Below are positions 14,750 to 26,452 of a DNA stretch of 64,000 nt, one piece after another. The notes beneath the pieces are model-generated. The model ran no database searches and was not told the DNA's origin. It saw nothing but the letters and a program-made list of their open reading frames with translations. Position 1 is the first letter of the stretch; every line of letters begins with the position of its first letter. This DNA comes from the human T2T-CHM13v2.0 reference genome, Homo sapiens: NCBI RefSeq assembly GCF_009914755.1, contig NC_060938.1; one strand, given 5' to 3'. The translations under genes and the position numbers were made by a program.

Positions 14750-16730
14750 CATCACCTTTTTGTTCCTCTTAACATTGCTTGATGGTCTTGTTTTATATTT
14801 TACTGAGAAGATGAAAGAAATCAGCTGAAAACGTTCACACACCTCTATTAAATTGCCTGTGTCTCTATCTATGTTCTGTTCCTCTCTCTTTGAAACTATG
14901 GAGAAAAGGTTTATCCTTCTATTTAAGACTAATTCCACTATCTGTTAATTAGATCTCATTCCCACATACCCCACCAATCATCAGCTTTTCCATTTATCTG
15001 CTCCCTTTATTATCAAAGTTTTAGAAGTTAACTTTACTTACTAACCACTTTTACTGCTCCAGTTTTCTGTAGAAAACTCCAGTGATGCTTTAATTTCTAC
15101 CAATCTAACCGCTTTTACGAAAGTCACCAATATCTGCATTAAAAAATTCAATCTTATTGGACCTATCAGTATTTGAAATATTTGATCACTACCACCTTCA
15201 TGAAACACTTTTCTCTCTTAGTTTCTACTTAGGATTCTACTTCCTCTTCTTTTCTCCTCTATATTATTGGCTGATCTTTCTGCTTCAATATCCAAACCTT
15301 TAAAAATTAGAATGCCCCAAGGCTGAGTCCTTACATCTTTTTTTTTTTTTAACTTTCCTTCATTTCCTTTCCCTTTCCTTCCTTTCTGTTTTTTTTTTTT
15401 TGCATTCCTTCTCTGTCTAAATAAACTTCCTTGCTATTTTCATTAACTCTCAAGACTTCACATATCATTTATTTTCTGTTAACTTCCAATTTAAATCACA
15501 TCCCCAAATACTAAACCGATATGCCCTACTGCTTGTTCAAAATTCAATCTCAATTGATCACTTATCTTCCCTACATATTATAAAAGTGCCCTTCTCATAG
15601 AATTTCTCAGTACATGCAAACTCTATTTCCTCTATTTCAGACCAAAACCTCTTGGTGCTCTTCATTCCTCTATGTCTCTCCCATCCACATCCAATTCACT
15701 AGGAAATAATTTAGGCCATACTTTCAAAATGGGACCAGAATCAAATGACTTTTCTGTTTCTCCACAATTACCTCCTGGTCTCAAGTCAATTCTCATATCT
15801 TTCTAGACTCTACATGCTCTACCCTCGAACTGTTCTCTTAGCTTCTATCTTTGACTCCCTACATTTCTCCACATACCAGACAGGAACATCTCTGAAAAAG
15901 TGAATGAGAAAATGACATTTTTGTTCAAACCCTCAAGTGATTTTCTGTCTTACTTTGAGTAAATTAGAAAGATCTAACCCTAGTCTACCAGGCCCTAAAT
16001 GGTCTAGCCACATATCCTATCACACTTCCCCTCTCTCACTGAACTGCAGCTATGCCGGGATCTTTGATGCTCCTTGAACACATCTCTTACCTTGGAGTCC
16101 ATATACAAGTTGTTTTATTTTCTGAACATTCTTCCACCACATAGCTGTGTTTTTCTCTTACAATGGTTCAATATGATATATTTTTTCTTTCTTTTTCTTG
16201 AATTTTTAGTTTTCTTTTAGTGATGCTTCATGGTAAGACATATTTAAAAGGTATTTTAGGAGACACTTATAAATTAGTTACATAAATACACATATATAAA
16301 CCCTAATACATTACAACAAAAAACTACAAAACAAGGTGTAGAGTCATTTTTACTATGTGAAATACTCACTTGAAATTTTCTTTCTGGATTCTACTTTTTT
16401 ATACAATTTATTACAAATGCTGGCCTTCACTCACTGAATGGATTATGTGACTCTAATTTTCAGTTTAAAAAAAGCTGCCACATAAAATGATATGTGTCCA
16501 ATGGTAATTATTTATTGGATTTATTCTGCTTTATTGTTTGTAATACCACTTATTTTCATCTGATATATCAGATATTTACTTATTTGTTTACACCCTGCAC
16601 CCTTGCCCCACTAGAATAAACACTCATGAGTGCAAGAACTCTGTTATCTTCAGAGCTGTGTGTTCTGTGTCTATTATTACAATGACAGACACTTAGTAGG
16701 GCCTCTATAGACATGTGTTGATAAACTGAA
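14750..16730 (+). mobile_element. L2 (RT region to 3' end) with a hAT-like insert at ~16160-16480
   Basis: ttactgagaagatgaaagaaatcag; aagtcaccaat...cttattggacctatcagtatttga (LLDLS-like); L2 tail at 16610-16730. Confidence 0.7.
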
Positions 16731-18494
16731 ACATGAAAGTATTCATGAGATATTTAGTAGGCTAAACTGAAAAACATTTGCAATAGATTAGATTTAAGGC
16801 ATTAAGAAGAAGTTGCAAGAATCTGCTTTATGATTCTATCTTACAATTAGTTAAATAGTGATTCTATTCCCCAAGGGAGAATATCCAGCTTGGGACAAAG
16901 GATCTGCAGGACGAATATGATTTTAATTTTGAACAAGTTGAGGTTTAGTTGCTTTGGAAAATCTAAGTGAAGACACCGAGCCCTAAATCACCTGAGTAAA
17001 ATCTGCACAAGTTCTAGTAAAGATATTCAAATCCAAAAGTTGAAGTTCAGTATGACATTTTAGTACTTTTTTTCTTTCCCATTTCTCTTTCCCTCCAGAG
17101 CTTTTTTTTCTTAAAAATCACAAATCTAAGAATATAGATTACCTCCTCTTCTACATGTTTTGAAATATGAGGTTATACTTTCTCATTTAGAAGCCACAGA
17201 AAATCATATTAAAAAAAATTTAACTTTTATGGCTATACACATATATAAGGAGAAGATGAAATTTCCTCCAATTTCCCTGACAAAACATATAGGAATTCAC
17301 AATATTATTGTCAGAGAGATATTTGACTTTATAACTCAGAAATTGGATGGGGCAGATATGAGATAAATCAGGGCCAGTGACTTTTCAAGCTATTGAGATG
17401 AATAAATTTTACTGAGTTCAGGCAATGTTATTGCAGGGGCTGAAATCCTGGGCTTTCTGGGCAGAAGGATCTACGAGCGGGATCGTGGGTGAGTCAAGCA
17501 GTGGTATCCTTGGGTCTAATAAGGAAGGTGATCAATATTGTCTTTCAAGCCCAGCCACCATCTCCAGGGCTATGCCTCTCTCCTGTCTAAGCTTGCTCTT
17601 AAAACAAAAAAAGTTAGAAAAACAATAAAAATAAAAGACTTTGTTGAAGATAACTTGTGTCAACATTCTCTGAATGTTCAATAATAGTATTTATACATTA
17701 TAGAAAATATAAAGTTTTGATTAAATATGCTCAAGAATTGCAAAGTTAAACAATCATATAGGTTGACTTACTACAGAACTCTTCAATATATGACAATGTG
17801 CATTTTAAGTCTCTGAGAAAATTATCTAATATTTAGATTATCCAAAACATTTTTGACAATGAAATCTTTTGTTTTTTCAGGAAACATTTTAATAAATAAT
17901 TTATGGGACATATTATATTTTTGAGACATACTGGTATGAATTATTTTGTGATGGCTGCTATATTAAAAATAACATTCTTGAAAATGGAAATATCACCAAG
18001 AAAGACCCGGATTATTGCAAAAAGATCATTGGGCTTAATTTTCATTCTCAAGTCAGGCAGTGAACATTGTGGCTTTTTATTTGTAAAAAGAGATAGCAGT
18101 TATCCTTGAATAGAGAACCAAAAAGAAGAAAATATTATGTTCCGCAGAGTTACAGAGTGTTTATAGATCTGAAGAGATTTAATTTGTGAGTATTTATTTT
18201 TCCCTAACATTTTTCCCATTTCATTTTATTCACCTTTTTCTCTAAACTTAAAAAGCACTGATGAATCACTCATTCTCATTTAACCCAGGAATTATTACCA
18301 GGGAACTCTTTCACATCTCACAATGGAAACCATTTAAGACCTTCTGCAATATTTATAATTTGCAAACACAGCTTTCTAAATTAAGTTCAACTTTTAAAAA
18401 TATCTATGGCTAGAATTTTAATGGCTCATTTGCGAGAAAATTTTCTTTATCTCAATTAAGGCAAGATTTCTTACCAAAGCTACCACATTGTTTC

Positions 18495-19079
18495 TACCCC
18501 CTCAAGCATTTATCCACCTAGTTACAAACAATCTAATTACACTCTTTGAATTATTTTTAAATGTACACTTAAGTTATTATTGACGGTAGTCACCCTCTTG
18601 TACTATCATCAAATAGTAGCTCTCATTCATTCTTTCTATTTTGCTGCACCTTAACCATCCCCACCTCATCCGCACCTCCTCCCCACTACCCCTCCCAGAC
18701 TCTGGTAACCATCCCTTTATGCTCTATGTCCATGAGTTCAACTGTTTTGATTTTTAGATCCCACAAACAAGTGAGAACATGCAATGTTTGTCTTTCGGTG
18801 GCTGGCTTATTTCACTTAACATAATGATCTCCAGTTCCATCTGTGTTGTTACAAATGACTGGATCTCATTATCTTTTATGACCAAATAGTACTTCATTTT
18901 ATATATATAAATATATATATATGTATGTGTGTATATATATACACACACATATATGTACATATATATGTGTATATGTATATATGTATGTGTATATATATAT
19001 AAAACATTTTCTTTATCCATTCATCAGTTGATGGCAACTTAGTTTGCTTCCAAATCTTGGCTATTGTAAACAGTGCAAA
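18495..19079 (-). mobile_element. L1MA (L1MA2/3-like) 3' end with internal (TA/TG)n at 18900-19000
   Basis: ccctcaagcatttatcc...gttacaaacaatc...tagatcccacaaacaagtgagaacatgc; ORF2 tail MELEIIMLSEISQ. Confidence 0.85.
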
Positions 19080-20209
19080 GGTACCACATTTACAGAGTAG
19101 ATAAGAACTGGAGTACCACCTGTATGTTTCTATCTCCACATTTTGGGTAGTCAGATCAAAATGTACTCATTAGACATAGAAACGATCTGGTTGCAGAAGG
19201 GAGGTTCGATCACAGGACTACCAGGAACTTTGCTATTGTTGTTACAGATAACAGTGCAAAGATAACAGTACTAAAGATATTTCTAAAATTAGTGCTTGGC
19301 TTTACTTGAGTTTTTCATGAAAATTTGAGCAAGATGATTAAAGGGGGAAAATTGGTGTCTCTTTTTTAAGGTGAAACATGAAGATGATGGTGGACAGGTG
19401 AGCTACGCAGTTCGTGGAAGAACCAGGTACGTACCATTGCTGTAAAGTTTTGAGGTAATTTCAATGCTATAAATGCTGTAGCATATTTAAAATACTGTTG
19501 TTATTTTCTAACTATTCAATAATGCCTAAACAAGTTGCTACATAGGAATCATCCTGTACTTAAAAAACAAAAACACAAAAAAAAACCCTCTGACTGTTGA
19601 TAAACCTGTATCCAACCATAGCACACAAAGCTAAACGAGAGAAATTTAAAATTTTATAGTGTTTCACTTGATTATTCAACCAATACTACTCAACACTTGC
19701 ATGTGAGGAACCATGCCAAAGTGAGGGGGAAAACACTCAAAAAAGATTGGAGGGAACAGTTTGTGGTACTGACATAGAGTTTAGAACTGTACTGATTCAA
19801 CCAACCAGACTAGAAAACCTCATTATTTAGGGGGCATTTGTTGAGTAGAACACACAGAGGCTTTTGTCTCAGAAGTGGGGAAAAATAGCCCTAAAGGAAG
19901 CACAGTCCTGTTTCCTCCTAACAAATCTTAAAAGTAAGATCTCTTTCTACCTCCAAAATCAAACTCTTTCCAAGTTTGTACTCCAGAAGAAAGCTTTGAG
20001 CCTTGAATTATGCCCTAGAAGAAAGCTAAAAAATACTAATAGGAATTTAAAAAGAAAAAAAATCTAGCTCCCAATAAGGTAAAATTCAAAATGACTAGCA
20101 TCTAAAGAAAAATACTAGACATTCAGAGAAGCAGGCAGATATCACCCAAAACCAAACTGAAGCTATAACAGATTTAGAACTAACAGACAAGGTTATTAAA
20201 CAGGGATAT

Positions 20210-20581
20210 ATATTCAGGTGAACTGGTGAGACAGAATGAAGAAGGTGGAAAAATACTGAAGTTATAGGTCTCCACCCACAGCATTATTTTTCTCACTCAT
20301 GCCCACTAGTGACATAGGGCATGAGTGGATTAGTGCACCAGCTTCCTCAGCTCTCAGTTGAGAGCGCTCTTATTTCTTATGTCTCCTCGAAGCTCTGTAA
20401 TGAGAATGAGATCCAATTGCTCAGAATGAATGCTGTCTTGGCAATTCAACCTTTATCCTTGTGTCTCTCTCTCACTTCTTTATTCTCCTAATTATGTCTT
20501 ATAATATCACTTTTTAAATAAATTACTTGAACTCAAATGCTTGCCTTGGGATTAGCTTCTGGAGGAATTCAAACCATGACA
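20210..20581 (+). mobile_element. LTR16-like ERVL LTR
   Basis: aaataaattacttgaactcaaat...gcttctggaggaattcaaaccatgaCA end. Confidence 0.55.
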
Positions 20582-22421
20582 GTGACTTTTTGGGAATTTT
20601 TGTACTAAATACGTAGCTGAAGTGTTTGCTGATACAAGGAAAACGAGTGACAAGCTGAGTCAAAATCTCCATGATTTAGGCTCTGCTTTCCCGTATTCAT
20701 AAGTATTTGGATATTTCAGATAAACAAATGATATTTGCTTCCATTTGATTCTCTGTCTCACAAAGCTGCCTTTACCCTTTTTCATTATATGTTTTGTCTG
20801 TGAGCAGTAGAAGAGACGCCTGAGCAATCAGTTCTCTTTCCTCCATAAATACACAATCAATTCTCTTTCTTCATTAAACATGAGCATCTTCTAGCAAACA
20901 CTTTTAAAATATCCTGATGGCTTCCTAGTTGAAACACCCAATTGCTAACTAGGACCTTCACCTTAATGAGAGTTGAATTTTAAATAAGAATCTGCCAATA
21001 TATTTGTGTTTGGAAATTATCTTCCTCTTCTATTGCAAAAAAAAAATTATTCCTGCTAGATATTTTCCCCATTTCTTCATTTTTCTATAGGCACCAGAAG
21101 TCTGTTGAGATAAGGCTCATCAGGTTATCTTTGCAACTTTTTTCACTTTAAGCTAGTATGTTAACATTATCAAAATGTAGGATTTGCTTTTATTAGTGAA
21201 TATTTCATCACTATATTCCATCTAAGCAAAGATGAAAGGGATGACTCTGTGTGAATACTTGTAGGATGCAGTGGAAGAAATATTCTGTGATCAGTAAAAG
21301 GTCTTCCATTGATAAAATATATATTAAGACTTTCTATCATGATTATGAACAACTGATATGATCATCTTTTATTTTTTAATATTAATATTCTGGAAAGTCT
21401 ACATCTCCTGAGGTGCTAGGGGAGTAGTATGGAATTTTTGTTCATTAGAACAAGCGTGGTTAGTTTGAAATTAGTTTGCTCTTTGGGGGAACAAACCACT
21501 GTGTTTCATCCTGGGAATTATCATTTAGTCCAGCTGCCTAAAGCTATATCCTAGCAGAATATAATAAAGATTTGGAGGAACTCCCAATTCCTTATCGGTT
21601 ACTATATTACATAGACGCTTTTTATAAGGCAGTGGAAGAATTGTTCAGAAATCTACAAAAGGCATTATTCAAATAAATATACAACAAAAATACTTTCATT
21701 TCATTACTGAAATAATAATTAATAGTTATTGCCCATAATTATTTTTCACAATTAATTAAATGAAGTAGCTTTGCTCTATTTCAAAGCAAAACTGAAGTCC
21801 CTTAATGACTTTACCATTTGGAAAGAGTGGAAGAGAGGATCATTCATTGTCTAACCTATGGACATGATCTCCCTGGAAGTAAACCCATCTTTTTCTTTTA
21901 TTCCCAAGATGATTGAAAGTGAGGATATATGATTATAACTTTCCCTTACTAAATGGGGCAAATTATTTTAATTAATATTATAAAGTAGCAGATATATTTA
22001 TCTGAAGTAGCATCATGCTTTTCTTTTCTGGTTGAAAATGATAAACATTATCTCACAATGGAATAAATTAAGCCTTACAGAACTATGTTTGCCTAGTAAT
22101 GGTATATCAATTCTGTTTTCTCATAAATGAAGAAAGCATCACCAAAAAGAAAATGGCTAATGGGCAACCCCACTGGCTGATGCAATACTACTGAAAGTCC
22201 CTAGCATATCCCATCATCTAAAGGAAAACTAATGACTTAAATATGAAATGAGTTTATTTTTGCATGGCATGTAGAGTAGAGGCTGACTCATAGAACTAAA
22301 TAAGTTAGTTACTGTTATTGTAAATTTTTGCATTTGGGCATTATCCAAGGCAAAATGAGAAGAAAGAGGTCTTTTTTGTTCTGGCTTTTCTTTCTTTTTT
22401 TTTTGGATTTAATAATCTAGT

Positions 22422-22427
22422 TTTAAT
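22422..22427 (-). promoter_or_regulatory. ATTAAA polyadenylation signal of the retrocopied mRNA
   Basis: tttaat on + strand, 17 nt from the start of the poly(A) remnant at 22404. Confidence 0.75.
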
Positions 22428-23950
22428 CAAAGCAATTTGCATTTGGATTTTGGAGTGATCCCTCCTTGCTAAGGAAGCTATGTACTTCATGCTGTGGAAA
22501 CCGGCAAATACAGAATGTAGCTTGTTTCTTTGTTTTCTTAGCCTTGAAGATGACCAGGTAGAGAGACAGAGTGAGACCAACAGTTTTTCTGATTTCCCTG
22601 CTCCTCCTATTCCTTCCTAAAAATCAGACTCATTGTGACCAGTAGTCTTGAGGACTCAAGCTGAATGACAGAGAAGTCAGCTCAGACAGAAAAGAAAAAA
22701 AGTACAGAATTCGAGAAGATCGGAGATGAAGAAAACGTACAAAATTATATATATATATTTATATATATAATAACATGACATATCTATGTACAACATGGCT
22801 GGGACAGTTGAAGAAACTATACAATGGTGTTCAGCATTTTCCCCTTCCCACATGGACTTTAAGGATGACAGCATGAGGAAATGGAGCAAGAAACACAAAA
22901 ATTATATAGAATTACAAGTGACAGTCAAGGAGTTTGGGGACCAAGGAGTCCAGGGATCCTGCTCTCTCCATTCCTTCCTCACCAACTTTTTCCTATCCAA
23001 ATTGAATGACAGCCTGAACACTGAATGGCCAGTCAGGAGGAAAGTATATACACACCTCATCCCCGCACATGCACATCATTAAGTCTATCAGTCATTCTCA
23101 GTGGGCCAAATGTTTGGCATATCAGAATTTGTGATGTGAGAGGGCAAGAGGATTACAAAATCTCACTCTCTTGAACATTAGTTCTCACCCTGGCCCTCTC
23201 TATCATAACTAGCAAGTTGCGTTCAATAAGATTCTAGCCAAGCTGGTGATAACTAGATTGAAGATGCTGGTCACCTGCAACCCCTTTCCTCCACCTGTTC
23301 ATGAGTCAGCATAGCTACCTCTCCTCATCATAAAAGAACTGGGTTGCTGAGTTCTGGGAATGCAGAGATTTCTCAGTCTTCCTCTCCCTCCCTAACCACT
23401 TTCCCCAGCTTCCTCCAAGGTGAATCATCTTCTAAGAACCTGCTCCTCCAGCCCTGCAGGAGTACTCAGCCCCAGGGGCTAGCTCAGTTTACCCTTCTTC
23501 CTCTTTCCCTAACAATATACCTGGCATCAGACTGCATCTGAAACATGGGTCAACATATGTGCATGACTGAGCATGTTTCCTTAGGCCTGCAGCTCTGCTG
23601 CCAGAGAAGCTTTTTAGCAGCTAAGGCCCAGAGGTAGGCTGGGAAAGTGGGCTGGGTCAGAGGCAAGAAGCTTCCATGGCTAGCTTCCTAAGTATTTTTT
23701 TTTTTTTTGACCCTCAAGACTGTGATATCGATAAGATTCTCTTGCCTGAATTTATAATCCCCAAACCTCAATTTACTCTCTCCTCATGCATCCCTCAAAT
23801 GGTTCCCCTCTGTAGTACTTTCCCAATATTGCAGAGCAGAGGTTAACCACCCACGAGCCTTCCTCACTTTTAGTTTTACAATGAACAGTACGGAGTTTTT
23901 CTGCTGGCAGTTATGACTTCAGAATCAGAATCAATCTTACATACATTTAA

Positions 23951-24092
23951 CTCTATTTTACAGATGAGGAAATAGAAATCCAGAGAGGCTAAATGACTTA
24001 ACCAAGGTTATACAACAGCTCTGCTGGGACTGAGTAGAGTGAGAACCCAGACATCTTGACTCCTAAACCAGTGCTCTTCCCACTATACCATG
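23951..24092 (-). mobile_element. MIR inside the retrocopied 3'UTR
   Basis: MIR core attttacagatgaggaaa...gaggctaaatgacttaaccaagg...ccagtgctcttcccactatacca. Confidence 0.8.
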
Positions 24093-24759
24093 ATACTTTC
24101 AAAAGCAACATGCTGGAAAAGAGAGAGAAGGTGCCCATTTTCTGTGAATAATGTTCATCAATCTTTACATTACTTGAAAGCCAGAGCAAACTGTAAGAGA
24201 TACTAAGTAATGGAGGCTAAGGGGGCACTGTAGTTTTAGGCAAGCAAGTCAATTTTTCTTTTTAAGGATTCTCTAAACTCGCCATAATGGAAACATGAAG
24301 CAATAGCAGCCGAAGGGACAGAACACTTAGAAGCACAGAAAACATGTCTCATTCAATCTACCTTTCCCAACTATGTTAGGTTAGCCTTGGGATGTTAAAC
24401 CTGCCAAATTATTCCCAAGGCTCAGCCTAATCAATTTTGGGACATTCTCTCCCAAAAGGAGAAATCACATCTCTCCAGTTTCTCACACAAAAAAAGCATT
24501 TGCAGCATTGTCCAATCCTAGCCTTTCCTATTTCTGGGCCCTACCTGGACTACAGGGAGTGTGTGGAAGTGTCAATCTAACGAAAGAAATAAACTTAGAG
24601 CCCCTTTTCAACCTACATTACCTTCTCAGCAGCCCCCAGCAGAATCACAGTCATTTTTGGCTAGCAAGCTGAGAAGATCTGACTAGGTGCCCATTTCATC
24701 CCTGCCTATAATATATAAAAGTCCAATGGTTGAGGAAGGGGAGGAGAGGGGGTCTCAGG

Positions 24760-25112
24760 TTACCCCGCAAGCTTGCTGGTGACGAGCGAGGACTTTCTCT
24801 GGGGCAGATCCTGTGGGGTGGGATGTGATCACCAGTCACCAGGTTCTTGTCTGGTCCTGCACTTGGCAGCTGCTTATTCTTCATCTTGGCTTTGGCCATG
24901 TTGTAGTCTCCTGAGTCAAAGTACTTTTGCCCTTTCTGGAGTCTCTTCATGAGGAAGTCGGAGCCTCCAGGCTTTTGTCCTAGGCTTGGGTATTTGGCCT
25001 TTAGCTTTGCCTCTTCAGCTCTCTCAGGGAGAATACCTTCTTTCTCCTGCGTGTCCTGCTTCTCCTCGCCGGCCTCCTCTGCAGGGTTCTCTTCTTCTTG
25101 CTTCTGGGACAT
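24760..25112 (-). pseudogene. ENSA: ENSA-derived coding segment (117-aa SKLAG* isoform) with a 1-bp deletion at codon 98
   Basis: ATG at 25112 (cccgccATG) to the ancestral TAA at 24762-24760 is 353 nt, one short of 354. The G-run at 24820-24822 has 3 G where ATC CCC ACC needs 4; restoring one base gives [19 protein letters not shown]. As it stands the ORF runs 25112-24696 (138 aa). Confidence 0.93.
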
Positions 25113-25233
25113 GGCGGGACCGGGACTGTGGAGTGTAAGGGGCCCGGGAAGGCAACCGGAGAAGGGAAGGGGGAGAGGAAACGGGGACAACCTGCGCTGC
25201 TGCTTCGGCTCCTATCACTAGGGTTGCTCAGTT

Positions 25234-25244
25234 AAAATGGCGGC
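25234..25244 (+). promoter_or_regulatory. YY1 consensus motif in the retrocopied 5'UTR
   Basis: AAAATGGCGGC matches AANATGGCGGC; function here unknown. Confidence 0.6.
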
Positions 25245-26269
25245 CTTTGCCCCTGTTCTGGCTTTTCAACAGTATAGGTTTAGTAAAATAATGGCAATGA
25301 CACAACAGCAATAACAGTCCAAGAGCAGTTGGCATGGTTGGTTTAACCCCTAGCGGATTCAGAGCATATTTTTAAATTTATTAATTTGGTCAATATAGTT
25401 GCTTTGGAATTCATTTAATGAATTTAATTTTTAACTTTATGGACTCTCCATTTTGTACTAACTTCTTATGTAATATAGAAAAATATATCTCATTTGGATT
25501 TCAACCAGATTAATATTTTCTACAAACTAGAGTGTCTTCTAATTTACCAACCTAGCACTTATTCTATATCCAACCTAGCACTTATTCAGTATTCCAACAC
25601 TGTGAATTCCTAAACTGTCCACTTTTCCTTATATAAACAGTGATTATGGGCGCCATAGCTTTGTAGGTTGGGCATTCATGAGGACCTTGAAAGTCACATT
25701 AATCTTCTTGATTATAGCAATCACCCTAATCCCCTAGTTCAGTGTTAAATTGGCTGTTTTTTTCTTAATATTAAAATAGATCATTGTTACAAAATATTTT
25801 CCTGTAACAAATATTTCAACCTCATTTCTCTCATTTCTTCAGTAAAAATGTTGTATTCTTTCTCGAGTAGAGTGAACTCTCGTGTAGTCTGGTTTCTATC
25901 CTCAGATATTTTCTGACTTCATGGTAATAGGTGTTATTCACATTAAATGAGTATAGATGTAGATTAACATCTACATCTATAGAATATATGTAGAATAACA
26001 GCTGACCACACTTAGAAAATAGGAAGTACATAATAACGGTTGGTTATCATTGTCAAGTACTGACATTTTTTGCCAGTCCTTTGATCTGGCATTGGAGGAC
26101 TGATACAGATTCATTTTCCACAGTCAGCTGATGGGAGGAATCTTACAGTGTGTTGCTTCCCATGAGAGAGAGAAGTCTCTTATTAAAGATCATGAATAGT
26201 ATAGCCACATGTTGGAAAATAAAAAAAAAGTCAACTAAGGAATTTTTAATTCCAAGTGATTCTTATATT

Positions 26270-26452
26270 TTTATGTATTATATACATCCTATATATTTTA
26301 ATATATAATATATGATATATAAAATATATTATATGTACATATAATATATTTTATATATGATATATATATTTGATATATATATGATTTATATATGATATAT
26401 ATTAAAAAATCATGTACATATTATATATTTTATATAATTATATTTTCCATGT
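26270..26452. repeat. AT-rich low-complexity tract containing a perfect 44-bp palindrome (26315-26358)
   Basis: Base-by-base pairing around the central GTAC (26335-26338). Confidence 0.9.

Larger units (their letters stand above)
22391..25253 (-). pseudogene. ENSA: Full-length processed pseudogene (retrocopy) of alpha-endosulfine mRNA; one of the ENSAP loci, specific locus not verified
   Basis: Intronless ENSA reading frame ([10 protein letters not shown]...[14 protein letters not shown]...LVTGDHIP), GC-rich 5'UTR 25113-25253, poly(A) remnant (T-run 22391-22404), identical 14-bp flanks TGTTCTGGCTTTTC at 22377-22390 and 25254-25267. The symbol is the parent gene. Confidence 0.96.

Noticed and set aside
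25113-25190. 26-aa N-terminal extension in the ORF track
   Set aside because: Starts at a non-ATG codon in the 5'UTR; the ENSA start is ATG 25112
24949-25221. 90-aa + strand ORF and 64-aa alternative-frame ORF
   Set aside because: Antisense and off-frame shadows of the GC-rich ENSA sequence
25547-25595. Short tandem duplications (23 bp here; also ~47778-47863 and 61721-61764)
   Set aside because: Ordinary slippage duplications with no further structure
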